Position numbers and translations under genes: made by a program. The notes under the pieces are model-generated. The model was given only the letters and a program-made list of their open reading frames with translations. It searched no databases and was not told the DNA's origin. From positions 1-34,787 of the IMG/VR virus record IMGVR_UViG_3300032212_000099: a DNA stretch of 34,787 nucleotides; one strand, written 5' to 3'. Shown here piece by piece: positions 25,838 to 34,506 of this stretch. Positions within the stretch are counted from its first letter, which is position 1, and each line of letters opens with the position of its first letter. Source of the stretch: a virus. Taxonomy: Duplodnaviria; Caudoviricetes.

Positions 25838-26379
25838 GTCAGCAGCACCGGGGCGATCTGGGAGAAGACGCGTCGGAAGCGCTGCGGGTCGTCGCCCTGG
25901 TACACGAGTGCAATCTCCGTACGGTTGCCACCCTTGGCCTCGCCCTTCTCGCACAAAACCACGCCGTCGTCGTTCACAATGTCGACGCCGGCGGGGAAGG
26001 CCAAGCGACCGAGCAGGGCGACGGCGGAGCTCCACGGCAAGATCCAATCCCGCCAGTAGATGCCGCCGCTTGGGCCGGGGCAGAGATTCATGATCTCCCA
26101 GCCCTGGCGCCGTCGCTTGGCGCATAGTTCCGCCGTCTTCGCAGGGTTGGTCGACGAGTAGGGCCCGTTGACGAACGCGGTGCGCGAGCATGTGCTCGTT
26201 GGCCACGCGTCAAAGTAGGCGTCCCCGCCGCTGCGCACATCGATCACGCTCCTCGCATGGACGTACGAGCCTTCCTCGTGGAACGGGTCGAGCCCGACGC
26301 CCTCGGGCCAGATGAGCCGCGCGCGCTCCATGATGTGCGGCGGCGTTAGGTAGCGGTCGGTCACCTTGAGTTCACCCAT
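25834..26379 (-). CDS. Phage DNA N6-adenine methyltransferase (Dam-like)
   Basis: DRYLTPP, GLDPF, AFVNGPYS and GRLAF motifs. Confidence 0.8.
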   Translation of the reverse strand: MGELKVTDRYLTPPHIMERARLIWPEGVGLDPFHEEGSYVHARSVIDVRSGGDAYFDAWPTSTCSRTAFVNGPYSSTNPAKTAELCAKRRRQGWEIMNLCPGPSGGIYWRDWILPWSSAVALLGRLAFPAGVDIVNDDGVVLCEKGEAKGGNRTEIALVYQGDDPQRFRRVFSQIAPVLLT

Positions 26380-26581
26380 CGACAGCACCTGCCCTCTCGA
26401 AAGCGAGCTCCCAGGTGGGCGACGGCGGGGACACCCGGACGCTATCACCCCGCTCGCGCCCTACTTCATACGTGTGTACCCAGCCCGTGGAGGCGCCGAT
26501 CGTGCTCTTCACGACGACGGCAGCCGAGCCCCATCGGGACCGCGCGAGCGCTATTGCTTCTTCGTCGGTCATTCTGTTCAC
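26372..26581 (-). CDS. Hypothetical protein
   Basis: GTGA-coupled ORF with GAGG SD. Confidence 0.6.
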   Translation of the reverse strand: MNRMTDEEAIALARSRWGSAAVVVKSTIGASTGWVHTYEVGRERGDSVRVSPPSPTWELAFERAGAVDG

Positions 26582-27135
26582 AGCCTCTCCCAAGTGATCG
26601 CGGTGCCAAAGTCCGGTGTGTGTGACGTAGGGCTATTGCGGCGACACCACGCGTCCATGAGAGACTGCAGTTCCGCGAAGCACCCCTTCGGCATGTCATC
26701 CTCCGCGCCATCATAGTGCGCCTCTAGCCTGCCGTGGATCCAACCTGCGGCGTCGAATGCCATCTTGAACGGCTTGCATGCGTACATGGTGGGCACATCA
26801 GCACCATCTCCCTGCTCGTCGAACCATGCATCCAAACACTCGCCGATGTCGCGGAAGAATCGATCCTGGCTCTCCGACCACACCCACCCGTGGTAGTCCA
26901 TCCCGTCGAGCTTTCTGGCCTTCAACCACCGGTCCTGCTCGAGCTTGGCCGTGTCTGCGCGGCGGCAATCTTCACACTTCAACCACGGTGATGCGCACGC
27001 AGAGCCACAACTGCAGACACTCGGCTCGCAGCACATCGCGGCTGAGCTATCGCATCCCCATGTGGCTTTGCACGACCCGCAGAACCAGACGCCGGCACGC
27101 CGACCGTCGGCCAAAAATAGCGGAGCAGCGTTCAT
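26578..27135 (-). CDS. Cys-rich Zn-binding hypothetical protein
   Basis: WFCGSC...CC...CSCG...KCEDC; ATGA coupling. Confidence 0.75.
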   Translation of the reverse strand: MNAAPLFLADGRRAGVWFCGSCKATWGCDSSAAMCCEPSVCSCGSACASPWLKCEDCRRADTAKLEQDRWLKARKLDGMDYHGWVWSESQDRFFRDIGECLDAWFDEQGDGADVPTMYACKPFKMAFDAAGWIHGRLEAHYDGAEDDMPKGCFAELQSLMDAWCRRNSPTSHTPDFGTAITWERL

Positions 27136-27548
27136 GTCGCGCTCCCTCTCCCCACACTCCCGTATGCTGCCGTCTTGCGAAACGCAGGCTGCCGTCGGAT
27201 GAACCCCGACCACGCCGCGAGTGCTCCCGCTGTGTCGATGTGAAACACCCGGACCGGACCGCGCAGCACCGCGAGGCCCTCGCCGCCCGCGAACCCGTAC
27301 GCTCTCGCCTCGCGCCCCCACTTGTCATCGAAGCTGCGGAGCGCCGCAGACTCCGGACGGATGCCGCCATGGCCGAACGCCTCAGCGACCCAATGCGTCC
27401 ATGCACGCCGCAGCGACCACCCAGACAGATCTCCGACCACGGACACCCTGCACTCCCCGTACTGGTCCACCTTTCGCCACTCGATCTCAGCCTCCTTGAG
27501 CTCACAGATCGCCGCTTCGGTGTCTTCTGTTCCTGCTAGGTTGATCAT
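27132..27548 (-). CDS. Hypothetical protein
   Basis: MINLAGTEDTEAAICEL...RRAWTHWV...FHIDTAGAL; coupled at both ends. Confidence 0.7.
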   Translation of the reverse strand: MINLAGTEDTEAAICELKEAEIEWRKVDQYGECRVSVVGDLSGWSLRRAWTHWVAEAFGHGGIRPESAALRSFDDKWGREARAYGFAGGEGLAVLRGPVRVFHIDTAGALAAWSGFIRRQPAFRKTAAYGSVGRGSAT

Positions 27549-28063
27549 TCCGGCACCGTCCATTCACCCCTGAGGCTATCCTCCGAAAAGTCCTTGAGCG
27601 TCCAAACCCTTCCGCTCGGGCCGACCACCGGCTCGCGAGCGGCGAGCCGGCGCATCGCCTCGACGAAACCGAACCGCGGGCGGGGCTCTTTCCAGATGCG
27701 CCAGCGTGCGCGTAGGTGTCGACCGTGCAACCCTTTGAACGTGTTGCCGTTGGCCCAGCGCAGACCCCCAGAGTCACCTAGGGATATCCATGCAGAGCCG
27801 TCACCCCAATCCACGATCGCGACCTTCTCCCCCGCGAGCAGGTGCGGTAGGATCTCCGCGAAGGACATGTCCCCGGGATCGGCTGGGCGTTCGGCTGGGC
27901 GGAAGCGTCGTGGGTCTTCCGGGCGCTGCACATACCCCCGGCTGATCGTTGGCCTGAAGCACGGACCGGTCAGGTCGCCGTTTTCGATCCTGTCCCCGGG
28001 CTCAAGCTCGGACGCGTAGATCGTGGTTCCGTCGGTCGCTGTGTGCTCTTGCGGGGGCCTCAT
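27545..28063 (-). CDS. Hypothetical protein with repeated MSFAE../FGFVEAM..L..GE.V motif
   Basis: TGATG-coupled ORF. Confidence 0.65.
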   Translation of the reverse strand: MRPPQEHTATDGTTIYASELEPGDRIENGDLTGPCFRPTISRGYVQRPEDPRRFRPAERPADPGDMSFAEILPHLLAGEKVAIVDWGDGSAWISLGDSGGLRWANGNTFKGLHGRHLRARWRIWKEPRPRFGFVEAMRRLAAREPVVGPSGRVWTLKDFSEDSLRGEWTVPE

Positions 28064-28296
28064 CAGCAACCTACCTTCCGCGCTGTCATGTGCGCCGCGT
28101 ACTGCAGTGCCCTGCGCCGATGCCACATCCTGCGAGCCCACCTCCACCGCGGGAGGTGCTCGGCCATGTAGCGGTGATAGCGATACCAGGCGCCCGGTGC
28201 TCGTCGCCGGTCTTTCATCTCGCTGAAGTAGAGCTCCCCGAGGTCCCTCGCGGTCTCCCGTGCTGCTTCTAGTGCTTGCTTGTGCGCTGCGTTCAT
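28063..28296 (-). CDS. Hypothetical protein
   Basis: 77 aa with AGGA SD. Confidence 0.65.
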   Translation of the reverse strand: MNAAHKQALEAARETARDLGELYFSEMKDRRRAPGAWYRYHRYMAEHLPRWRWARRMWHRRRALQYAAHMTARKVGC

Positions 28297-28312
28297 TGTC
28301 CTGTGCTCCCGA

Positions 28313-28774
28313 TTACCGCTGTTTTCCGTTGATGATAGGAACCTGACCGGCCCTCAGCTCGGTGACCTCCTGCCGAAGGTTGAGGCCTGGGTCAGCCACC
28401 AAGAACATGGCGGAAGTGATCGACAGCAACCCTGCCTCGGACGGATGTGGGTCGTGGAACACCTCATCCCCCTTGCAAACCACAGCGTGATTGTGCCCTC
28501 GCTCCGCAGGGCCAGTTGCTATCCAGATGCAGTGAGAGTCCCACGGCTCGTATAGTGTAAACATCATCTCTCCGCCCGTGGTGCACTGCACTCTAAACAC
28601 CTCATACCCGAGCATCCGAGACCACTCGGCCATCGCTATGCACCAGTCCTCATCGTGAGCCACGAAGTCTGGGACCCTGGAATATGGAAGCTGAAGAACC
28701 GTAGCCAGGCATGCGCGAAGGCAATCGGACTCCGTCCGCATGAAAACAAGATCAATGTCGCCTTCGATCGCCAT
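28313..28774 (-). CDS. Papain-like (C39-related) peptidase-fold protein
   Basis: DCLRACLA...HAVV...HDP Cys-His-Asp arrangement. Confidence 0.65.
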   Translation of the reverse strand: MAIEGDIDLVFMRTESDCLRACLATVLQLPYSRVPDFVAHDEDWCIAMAEWSRMLGYEVFRVQCTTGGEMMFTLYEPWDSHCIWIATGPAERGHNHAVVCKGDEVFHDPHPSEAGLLSITSAMFLVADPGLNLRQEVTELRAGQVPIINGKQR

Positions 28775-29200
28775 CACTGTCCTGTGCTCCCAAACCCCCC
28801 CCGCCCCCGCGGGCGGTATCTCCAAGTTCGTCGACCTCCTCGAGCAACTCGTGCAGATGCGGCACGATGACGATCTGAGCGAACCTGTCCCTGTGCGACA
28901 CCGACCGCCGGTAGAATCCTGTGTAGTGCAGCATGACGTGAATCTCCCCGCGGTAGTCGCTATCGATCGGGCACGTCTTGACGTCGAAGTCATCCGACCA
29001 AGATGAACGCGGCAGGATGAGCCCGCACCAACCGTGAGGTATTTCCATTGCGATGCCAGTGGGCACCTTGGCGGTCCTGCTCTGCGAGTCGAACAGGATC
29101 TTGCCCTGGAAGAACAGGCTCGCATGCAGGTCGTACCCCGCCGCGCCGTCGGTCTTGCGTGCCAGGGCGATGGCCCCTGTGGTCGTTTTCGAAACCTCAT
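28774..29200 (-). pseudogene. dut: Trimeric dUTPase with two homopolymer frameshifts
   Basis: AGYDL, PRSS, IDSDYRGEI, FAQI and RGGG-FGSTG motifs spread over three frames; breaks at the A4 run (29186-29189) and the G8 run (28795-28802). Confidence 0.85.
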
Positions 29201-30012
29201 ACCTTCCACAGCCTTTCCAGCCCTCGCAGTGACCGGCCTCCGTCCACTCCAGGCCCCTCGTACAGCGACACCTTCCCCAGCCCGTAGCCCTCGGCTACGC
29301 GCTTCACCACCGGGTACACGATGCGCAGGTAGACCTCGCGATGCGTGTCGACCAACCGCTTTCCGCTGAAACACCCGTGTGGAGCGATCCGTATGTTCTC
29401 CTTGTTGCCAGCGAACCGCGCCCGCTGGAGTAGGGAGCACAGCGAGAGGATCCCAGTCTCCGCCTCCTCCCCCGTGAGTCGCTCGCGGTGGTGGCAATCC
29501 ATCGCCCAGCCGAAGCCACGGTTCCCGCTGTTCCCGTGCCATGTCTCGGACCGCAGCGGTCGGTTCTGCAATAGCCACCCGTTCGAACAGATCGAGTGGT
29601 AGGGCGTATTCCGCAACCTCGACCACTGGCCGACAATCCTCGCGGCTGCTCGAGGGTCGGCGGGGAGAAGTTCGCGGATGTGGGACGGGATGTTCCCCGC
29701 CATGATCTCGCGCTCCCAGTGCTGCCAACCGGTTGGGCCCCACTTCTGCACTCCGAAGCCACCACGCACATCGGTCACGTGCACTACGATCAGGTTGATG
29801 TGCCTGACGTCGCGCCCTCCTGGGTATGCCTTCTCCTTGAGGATGGGCAGCCACCCGATGTCGATGCCTCGGTGCCCGCCGAACTTGCGAGGCTCGGGCG
29901 GAGTCTCGACGAGCCGGGCGAATCGCTTGAGCGACTCTACGGTCGCACGTGTCCATAATGGCCACATCATGGTGTGAGCATCCTGTCTCTGATTGTCGTC
30001 CCACTTGGTCAT
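29197..30012 (-). CDS. N-acetylmuramoyl-L-alanine amidase (Amidase_2-like endolysin)
   Basis: INLIVVHVT, PYH, TWHGN and IAPH...D motifs. Confidence 0.72.
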   Translation of the reverse strand: MTKWDDNQRQDAHTMMWPLWTRATVESLKRFARLVETPPEPRKFGGHRGIDIGWLPILKEKAYPGGRDVRHINLIVVHVTDVRGGFGVQKWGPTGWQHWEREIMAGNIPSHIRELLPADPRAAARIVGQWSRLRNTPYHSICSNGWLLQNRPLRSETWHGNSGNRGFGWAMDCHHRERLTGEEAETGILSLCSLLQRARFAGNKENIRIAPHGCFSGKRLVDTHREVYLRIVYPVVKRVAEGYGLGKVSLYEGPGVDGGRSLRGLERLWKV

Positions 30013-30545
30013 GATGCCCTCCTCGCTTTCTCCGTTTGGGCGCGGTTCTCAAGGAACAAGCCCACGACCCGCCCCCATCCAATGTTTACGTTCAAGACCT
30101 GATTCAGGTCGGGACATCCGACCGGGGCCACCGTGGGCGGCCCCTCCGTGATAGTCGGACGGCTCGGCTTCGGTGGGCACCTCGCCGCGGCTTCGTAGTG
30201 CTCCTTGGGGACAGGCTGACCGCGGCCCAGCAGCGTGTCAATGATGTGTTGCGCAGCTCCGGCGGAATCTTTGTTCGGGTTGGACCGCCACTCCTCGAGC
30301 TCGGCGTCGTACTCCGCCCACACCGCCCATTGCTGGAGCAGCACGACATCGTGGGCATAGAGCCCGTAGTCGTACCCACACAGCTGGTTCGCATACGCTC
30401 CGCGGATCTCGTCAGAGACGGCACGGATCCAGCTGGCCCGCAGACGGGCCTTCTCGGCCGCCGGTCGCGTCTGCAGCGATCGTTCGGACACTGCGGCGCC
30501 CGCACGCTTGAGCACGGCATCAAGGTCCTCGCACATAGACTTCAT
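30009..30545 (-). CDS. Hypothetical protein downstream of the replication initiator
   Basis: ATGA-coupled at both ends. Confidence 0.6.
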   Translation of the reverse strand: MKSMCEDLDAVLKRAGAAVSERSLQTRPAAEKARLRASWIRAVSDEIRGAYANQLCGYDYGLYAHDVVLLQQWAVWAEYDAELEEWRSNPNKDSAGAAQHIIDTLLGRGQPVPKEHYEAAARCPPKPSRPTITEGPPTVAPVGCPDLNQVLNVNIGWGRVVGLFLENRAQTEKARRAS

Positions 30546-31492
30546 GCCCCAGCCCTCCGCAGCGCAGCTTGGACGGCCGGGTCCGCGTCGAACCGAGCCC
30601 GATCCTCGTCGGTGAGCTCGACAGCGAGAACCCCGGACAACTGCCCCTGGGCCGCCTCGTATGCCTCCATGCGGGCAGCCCAGCCCCCATCGGACCGGAA
30701 CATCTGGCTGAGCCACGCGACCGGAATCCCAACGTCGTCCTTGCCGCCGCTCCGCCGCCGCTCCGCCGCTTGCTCGGCCGTGTACTCGACGACCCGCCAG
30801 ACGTACTCGGCCCCGTGGAGCTCCAGGATCGGCCCCAGGTTGGCGTACGCCTTCCCGCCCCGAATCGGGCTGTCGAGCTTCACGCCCAGCCGCTCGCAGA
30901 GCTCGCCCCACTGGTACGTCGAATCGTGAGCGAAGCTTTGGGCTCCCCCGCCTCCCGCGCGTTCGGGTAGGGGTACGGGTACTGTTCCGGGTACCTGTTC
31001 CGGGTACGTATAAGCCCGGTCAGATTCAGATGGTGTATCCGACGGAGTAGAATCCTTCTCCGGATAGGGTATCCGCGGTTTGTCTGTGGGTTTTCGGATA
31101 CCCACGCCGTCGGTTGGGTATCGCTTGAGGAATGCCCTTTGCACCTCGATGGGCTGAGCTGCGACAAGCCTGCGCGCCGACGTCCACAGCTTCGGGGACC
31201 GGCCTATCTGCTCGTCGGCTGCTTCGATGAGCCAAGCGATTTCCAGGTCGTCCCACCACACGACCCGCCCGCGCTTCTCGAGCTCGGCAAGCGCCTCGCG
31301 TGCATCGTCAACGGTGGCGTCCGGGTCAGCCTTCTTTGCCAGGCGCTTGAGAGAGCGCTCTAGGATGCCGACGATGTTGGCGAGACTCACCTGCAGGTAG
31401 ATGGCGCGAGCCAGCGAGGACAGGCCAGCGGTCGCCTCATGGTCGAAAAAGTCGGTGCGCAGCTGTCGGAATGCTTTTGTCGATCCGCTCAT
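30542..31492 (-). CDS. Replication initiator protein
   Basis: N-terminal wHTH-like region (FRQLRTDFF...LS..AR..YL), Pro-rich linker with internal DNA repeats, helical C-terminus. Confidence 0.7.
   Translation of the reverse strand: MSGSTKAFRQLRTDFFDHEATAGLSSLARAIYLQVSLANIVGILERSLKRLAKKADPDATVDDAREALAELEKRGRVVWWDDLEIAWLIEAADEQIGRSPKLWTSARRLVAAQPIEVQRAFLKRYPTDGVGIRKPTDKPRIPYPEKDSTPSDTPSESDRAYTYPEQVPGTVPVPLPERAGGGGAQSFAHDSTYQWGELCERLGVKLDSPIRGGKAYANLGPILELHGAEYVWRVVEYTAEQAAERRRSGGKDDVGIPVAWLSQMFRSDGGWAARMEAYEAAQGQLSGVLAVELTDEDRARFDADPAVQAALRRAGA
30965..31125. repeat. Candidate replication origin repeats
   Basis: TGTTCCGGGTAC twice; GGATA-GGG-TATCC; GATACCCA...TGGGTATC. Confidence 0.5.
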
Positions 31493-31893
31493 ATCCCGTG
31501 TCCCTTCAGCCATGCGATCGCCTGAACGCTTCCCTGCGCCACGTAGGTCGCCCAGCCGATCGAATCGAACTTGTCCAGCCATGCCTCTTGCTCTGGCGTC
31601 GCGTCTTTGCCCTCCGCCTTCATCTCCAGGGCGAGGCCCGCGAACCCTGGCACCTGCTGAAAGATCAGGATGTCAGGCACCCCAGACTTGACTCCCTGCT
31701 CTTTGAGGTGCCGGCGCAGGCCGTACCCGTGGGACGTCCCGGTCTCGTTGGGCACGTGCATCCAAATCGGTGGGTCGCGTCTCGTGTCCAGGTAGAGCGC
31801 CACGGCCTTTTGGTGGTCGCTCTCCAGCGTTGGCAACCGCGGGTCTCGGTAGCGCCCGCGCTTCTTCGGCCGTCGCGTGAAGCCCCGCGTCAT
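31489..31893 (-). CDS. VRR-NUC domain nuclease (resolvase-like)
   Basis: HVPNE...GVKSGVPDI...LEMK...TPEQEAW. Confidence 0.9.
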   Translation of the reverse strand: MTRGFTRRPKKRGRYRDPRLPTLESDHQKAVALYLDTRRDPPIWMHVPNETGTSHGYGLRRHLKEQGVKSGVPDILIFQQVPGFAGLALEMKAEGKDATPEQEAWLDKFDSIGWATYVAQGSVQAIAWLKGHGI

Positions 31894-32243
31894 AGGTCTA
31901 GCAACGCGAGGAGCTCGCGCCCTTTCTCCGTGGCAACAAGGCTCCCACCTTCGGGCTTGGCGAGCCCGTGGTCCTGCAGTTTCTTGGCGGACTGTCCTCC
32001 GAGAGCGCAGCGCTCGAGCGCTGCCGCAGCCCGGAGCAGTTCGATCTGCACTCCGGTGCGACCCTTGCTGTCACCAAGAGCGTCCCAGCGCCTCATGACG
32101 GCAAGGCCCTCGTCGGTGAGCTTGCCGATCCCGGAGATCCACCGTCGATGAGCGAACAGCCCCTCCGCCGTCGCCCAGGTGACAGAATCGGGATCCTCCC
32201 GGTACTTGGCCAAGTCTTTGATCGTGGTGTGCTTGAACCTCAC
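31890..32243 (-). CDS. Hypothetical protein with tandem wHTH-like 'LT..G' ends
   Basis: KLTDEG and VATEKGRELL. Confidence 0.6.
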   Translation of the reverse strand: MRFKHTTIKDLAKYREDPDSVTWATAEGLFAHRRWISGIGKLTDEGLAVMRRWDALGDSKGRTGVQIELLRAAAALERCALGGQSAKKLQDHGLAKPEGGSLVATEKGRELLALLDL

Positions 32244-32740
32244 AGCGCCCCCTCGACGAGTCGATAAAAACCCCTGCGAGTGCGCACCGCGTAGCCCCAC
32301 AGCTCGAGCTCCCGGAGGCTCTTCGCGACAGAATCCTTGCTAACGAACGATGGACATCGCTCCTTCCGGACGCGGGCGAGGATATCCATGATGTGAACCT
32401 TCTCCGTGCCAAGGATCTCTACGATCAGCCGGCTGTTCCTGATCGCAGTCCGGCCGCCGTGGCCGTTGGGCTTTGATGGCGTTGCGAACCTGCGATCAGG
32501 ATCGCGAACCCGAGGACTCGGAGCGCGCTCCGCCCGAGGCCTCCACTCTGGGACCGTGAGAGGGGCTCGTGGTGCCTCGGCGTAGTCCACCTGCACACCG
32601 CCAGCTTCTGCCCGATGCATGGCGAATAGGGCCGCGACCCGATCGTCGTGCTGCTGTGCTCGCTCCGCCTGGCGCGAACACGTCTGGCGCGAACACGTCT
32701 GCCTCTCGTCCGAGCTTGCGCCCGCGTATTCCTCTTTCAT
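32240..32740 (-). CDS. Hypothetical protein with C-terminal winged helix
   Basis: SVAKSLRELELWGYAVRTRRGFYRL. Confidence 0.65.
   Translation of the reverse strand: MKEEYAGASSDERQTCSRQTCSRQAERAQQHDDRVAALFAMHRAEAGGVQVDYAEAPRAPLTVPEWRPRAERAPSPRVRDPDRRFATPSKPNGHGGRTAIRNSRLIVEILGTEKVHIMDILARVRKERCPSFVSKDSVAKSLRELELWGYAVRTRRGFYRLVEGAL
32669..32701. repeat. 15-bp in-frame tandem duplication (RQTCS twice)
   Basis: CTGGCGCGAACACGT twice. Confidence 0.9.
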
Positions 32741-32946
32741 TCCCCCGTTCCCTCCCCGTGCAGCGCCGCTGCAACGCTCTTTCCGTATTCGACGTGACGC
32801 TTCGCCGCCTCAGCGTGTCGACGTGCAGCGTCCATGTCCCCGCCGAGCACGGCGAGGTAACAGCGCCTCGCCGATCGCAGCTCCGCGACGCGAGCCCATC
32901 CTGGTGTGGTGTCGCCGGGTGCTCCCAGGCTCTTCACGTCAGGCAT
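32737..32946 (-). CDS. Hypothetical protein
   Basis: 69-aa coupled ORF. Confidence 0.55.
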   Translation of the reverse strand: MPDVKSLGAPGDTTPGWARVAELRSARRCYLAVLGGDMDAARRHAEAAKRHVEYGKSVAAALHGEGTGE

Positions 32947-33766
32947 TCGCTGCGCTCCCTTCCTCGGAGATCGCCTTGCGCTCCTCGGATGCCTCCGCCC
33001 TGTCTCGCTCTACCTGCTCCATGAGCCCGCGTGTTTCCTGCCGAACGAAGCGGTCAAGGGAGAGCCAGTCCTCGGCCGTGAGCCCGCGACCACCGTCAAA
33101 CCTCCGCGTCAGCAGGTGGCGCTCGTACAGCTCGACCGGCGCGACTTTGTCGAAGCTGTGCTCCTCTCGGAACTTCTTGTAGGCCTCGGTGCTCTCGCGG
33201 AGCCTGGTCTGGGCCTCGGCGATCTTCGGGTCCCACGCGGGCTCACTCTTTGCAGGTCGGCCGTTTGGGCGACGTGGCTCGAATCCCTCATCAGATCGGC
33301 GGTCGACCGCATGCTCACCCTCCTCCGCCCGGTCGAGGTTGAGGAGGTGACGCAGGACGAACCCGTGCATGTAGGTTGCACTGGCGGTCACCGCCTTGTC
33401 GTAGGGCCGACCCTTGGACGCGATCGCGTCGCACTCGGCACGACCTGTGATGTAGCCGCCCTCCGCATGTGCCAGAACGAACGACTCAATCACGGTGCCG
33501 CATGAGAACTGAAAGCCGATATCGCCTTCCGGCGGGTCGCTGGCGTCGACTGTCCAGGTGGAAAGCACAGACAGTCCTGTGCCGGACATGGCGTCGCGGC
33601 TCGCCCGAATCATCGCCTCGGCCGTCGCGTACTTGTAGTGCTTCTGTGTGTTGGTACCGTCTTTGCCGACGGTCTGCGCCTGCGTCTGCGCCATTGCCAG
33701 CGCGGCGAGAAGTGGCGGGTTGGCGTGGGTCATGTCCAGAGCGTGGACTCGCGCGGACTCGTTCAT
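32939..33766 (-). CDS. erf: ERF-family single-strand annealing protein
   Basis: ALAMAQ...VGKDGTN..KHYKYAT...DKAVTASATY. Confidence 0.88.
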   Translation of the reverse strand: MNESARVHALDMTHANPPLLAALAMAQTQAQTVGKDGTNTQKHYKYATAEAMIRASRDAMSGTGLSVLSTWTVDASDPPEGDIGFQFSCGTVIESFVLAHAEGGYITGRAECDAIASKGRPYDKAVTASATYMHGFVLRHLLNLDRAEEGEHAVDRRSDEGFEPRRPNGRPAKSEPAWDPKIAEAQTRLRESTEAYKKFREEHSFDKVAPVELYERHLLTRRFDGGRGLTAEDWLSLDRFVRQETRGLMEQVERDRAEASEERKAISEEGSAANA

Positions 33767-33921
33767 CGCTTCTCTCCGGGGTTCCGTCCTAATCGTTCGC
33801 ACAGCTCCTTTGCTGATGCAGAGCCAAGCCCGAACAGGGCGCCGACCTTGCCCCACAGTGGCCGCCACTTCGATGGCCGTATGTTTTTGATGGCCCTCTC
33901 GAGGAGGTCTCGATCTGTCAT
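33763..33921 (-). CDS. Small hypothetical phage protein (below the ORF-track cutoff)
   Basis: MTDRDLLERAIKNIRPSKWRPLWGKVGALFGLGSASAKELCERLGRNPGEKR; ATGA-coupled on both sides. Confidence 0.7.
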   Translation of the reverse strand: MTDRDLLERAIKNIRPSKWRPLWGKVGALFGLGSASAKELCERLGRNPGEKR

Positions 33922-34454
33922 CGGACCGAAACCCCCTTAGCACCGCGAGCCAGCTCGAACCCAGGCACATTCGCGCCAGCCTTGAGCTCACGGAGAACGG
34001 CTCGGAGATCGACCTTGGTGGTTGTCTCGGACGACGCGAGTCCGCGAGTCCGCAGGGTGAGCAGCAACTCTTTCCCGAGCGGCTCTGTCTCCCGGGCAAT
34101 CTCCCTGCCCATGGATGTTCTGACCTCGAACTGGCCGGCGCGGACGGTTTTCTCGTCGCGAAGCTCGGCGATCTTCAAGAGCCACCCCTTGGCCAGGCCT
34201 ACGTTGCGCTTGCACTCTGCAACTCGCTCAGACAAGCGGGATTTTTCCTCCGCCATCATGCTGATCCGCGCGGCGTTCTCGGCAAGCCAGGCCGCGGCAT
34301 CTTCCGCAACCTGCAGGGAGTCTTTCTCGATCCTGCGCTCCATCTCCTCGGCCACCTCTGTGACCTCGCCGCCGTTGTTTTCGTAGAGAGTTTCGAGCTC
34401 GGCAGAGCGCTCAAATAGTCGCCACGCGTCGCGTCTGTGATTTGGTGCTGTCAT
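33918..34454 (-). CDS. Siphovirus Gp157-family protein
   Basis: GGEVTE...EEKSRL..R...KVD...V...LKAGANVPGFEL; adjacent to erf. Confidence 0.85.
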   Translation of the reverse strand: MTAPNHRRDAWRLFERSAELETLYENNGGEVTEVAEEMERRIEKDSLQVAEDAAAWLAENAARISMMAEEKSRLSERVAECKRNVGLAKGWLLKIAELRDEKTVRAGQFEVRTSMGREIARETEPLGKELLLTLRTRGLASSETTTKVDLRAVLRELKAGANVPGFELARGAKGVSVR

Positions 34455-34506
34455 CGTCGTCTATCCCTCGGTGCTGTGGTGAAAAGGTGCCGGCATCGCG
34501 GCTAGG

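Noticed and set aside
28313-30082. 589-aa ORF as a single protein
   Set aside because: It is a shadow frame over the amidase and dUTPase; only the last 153 aa are protein-like.
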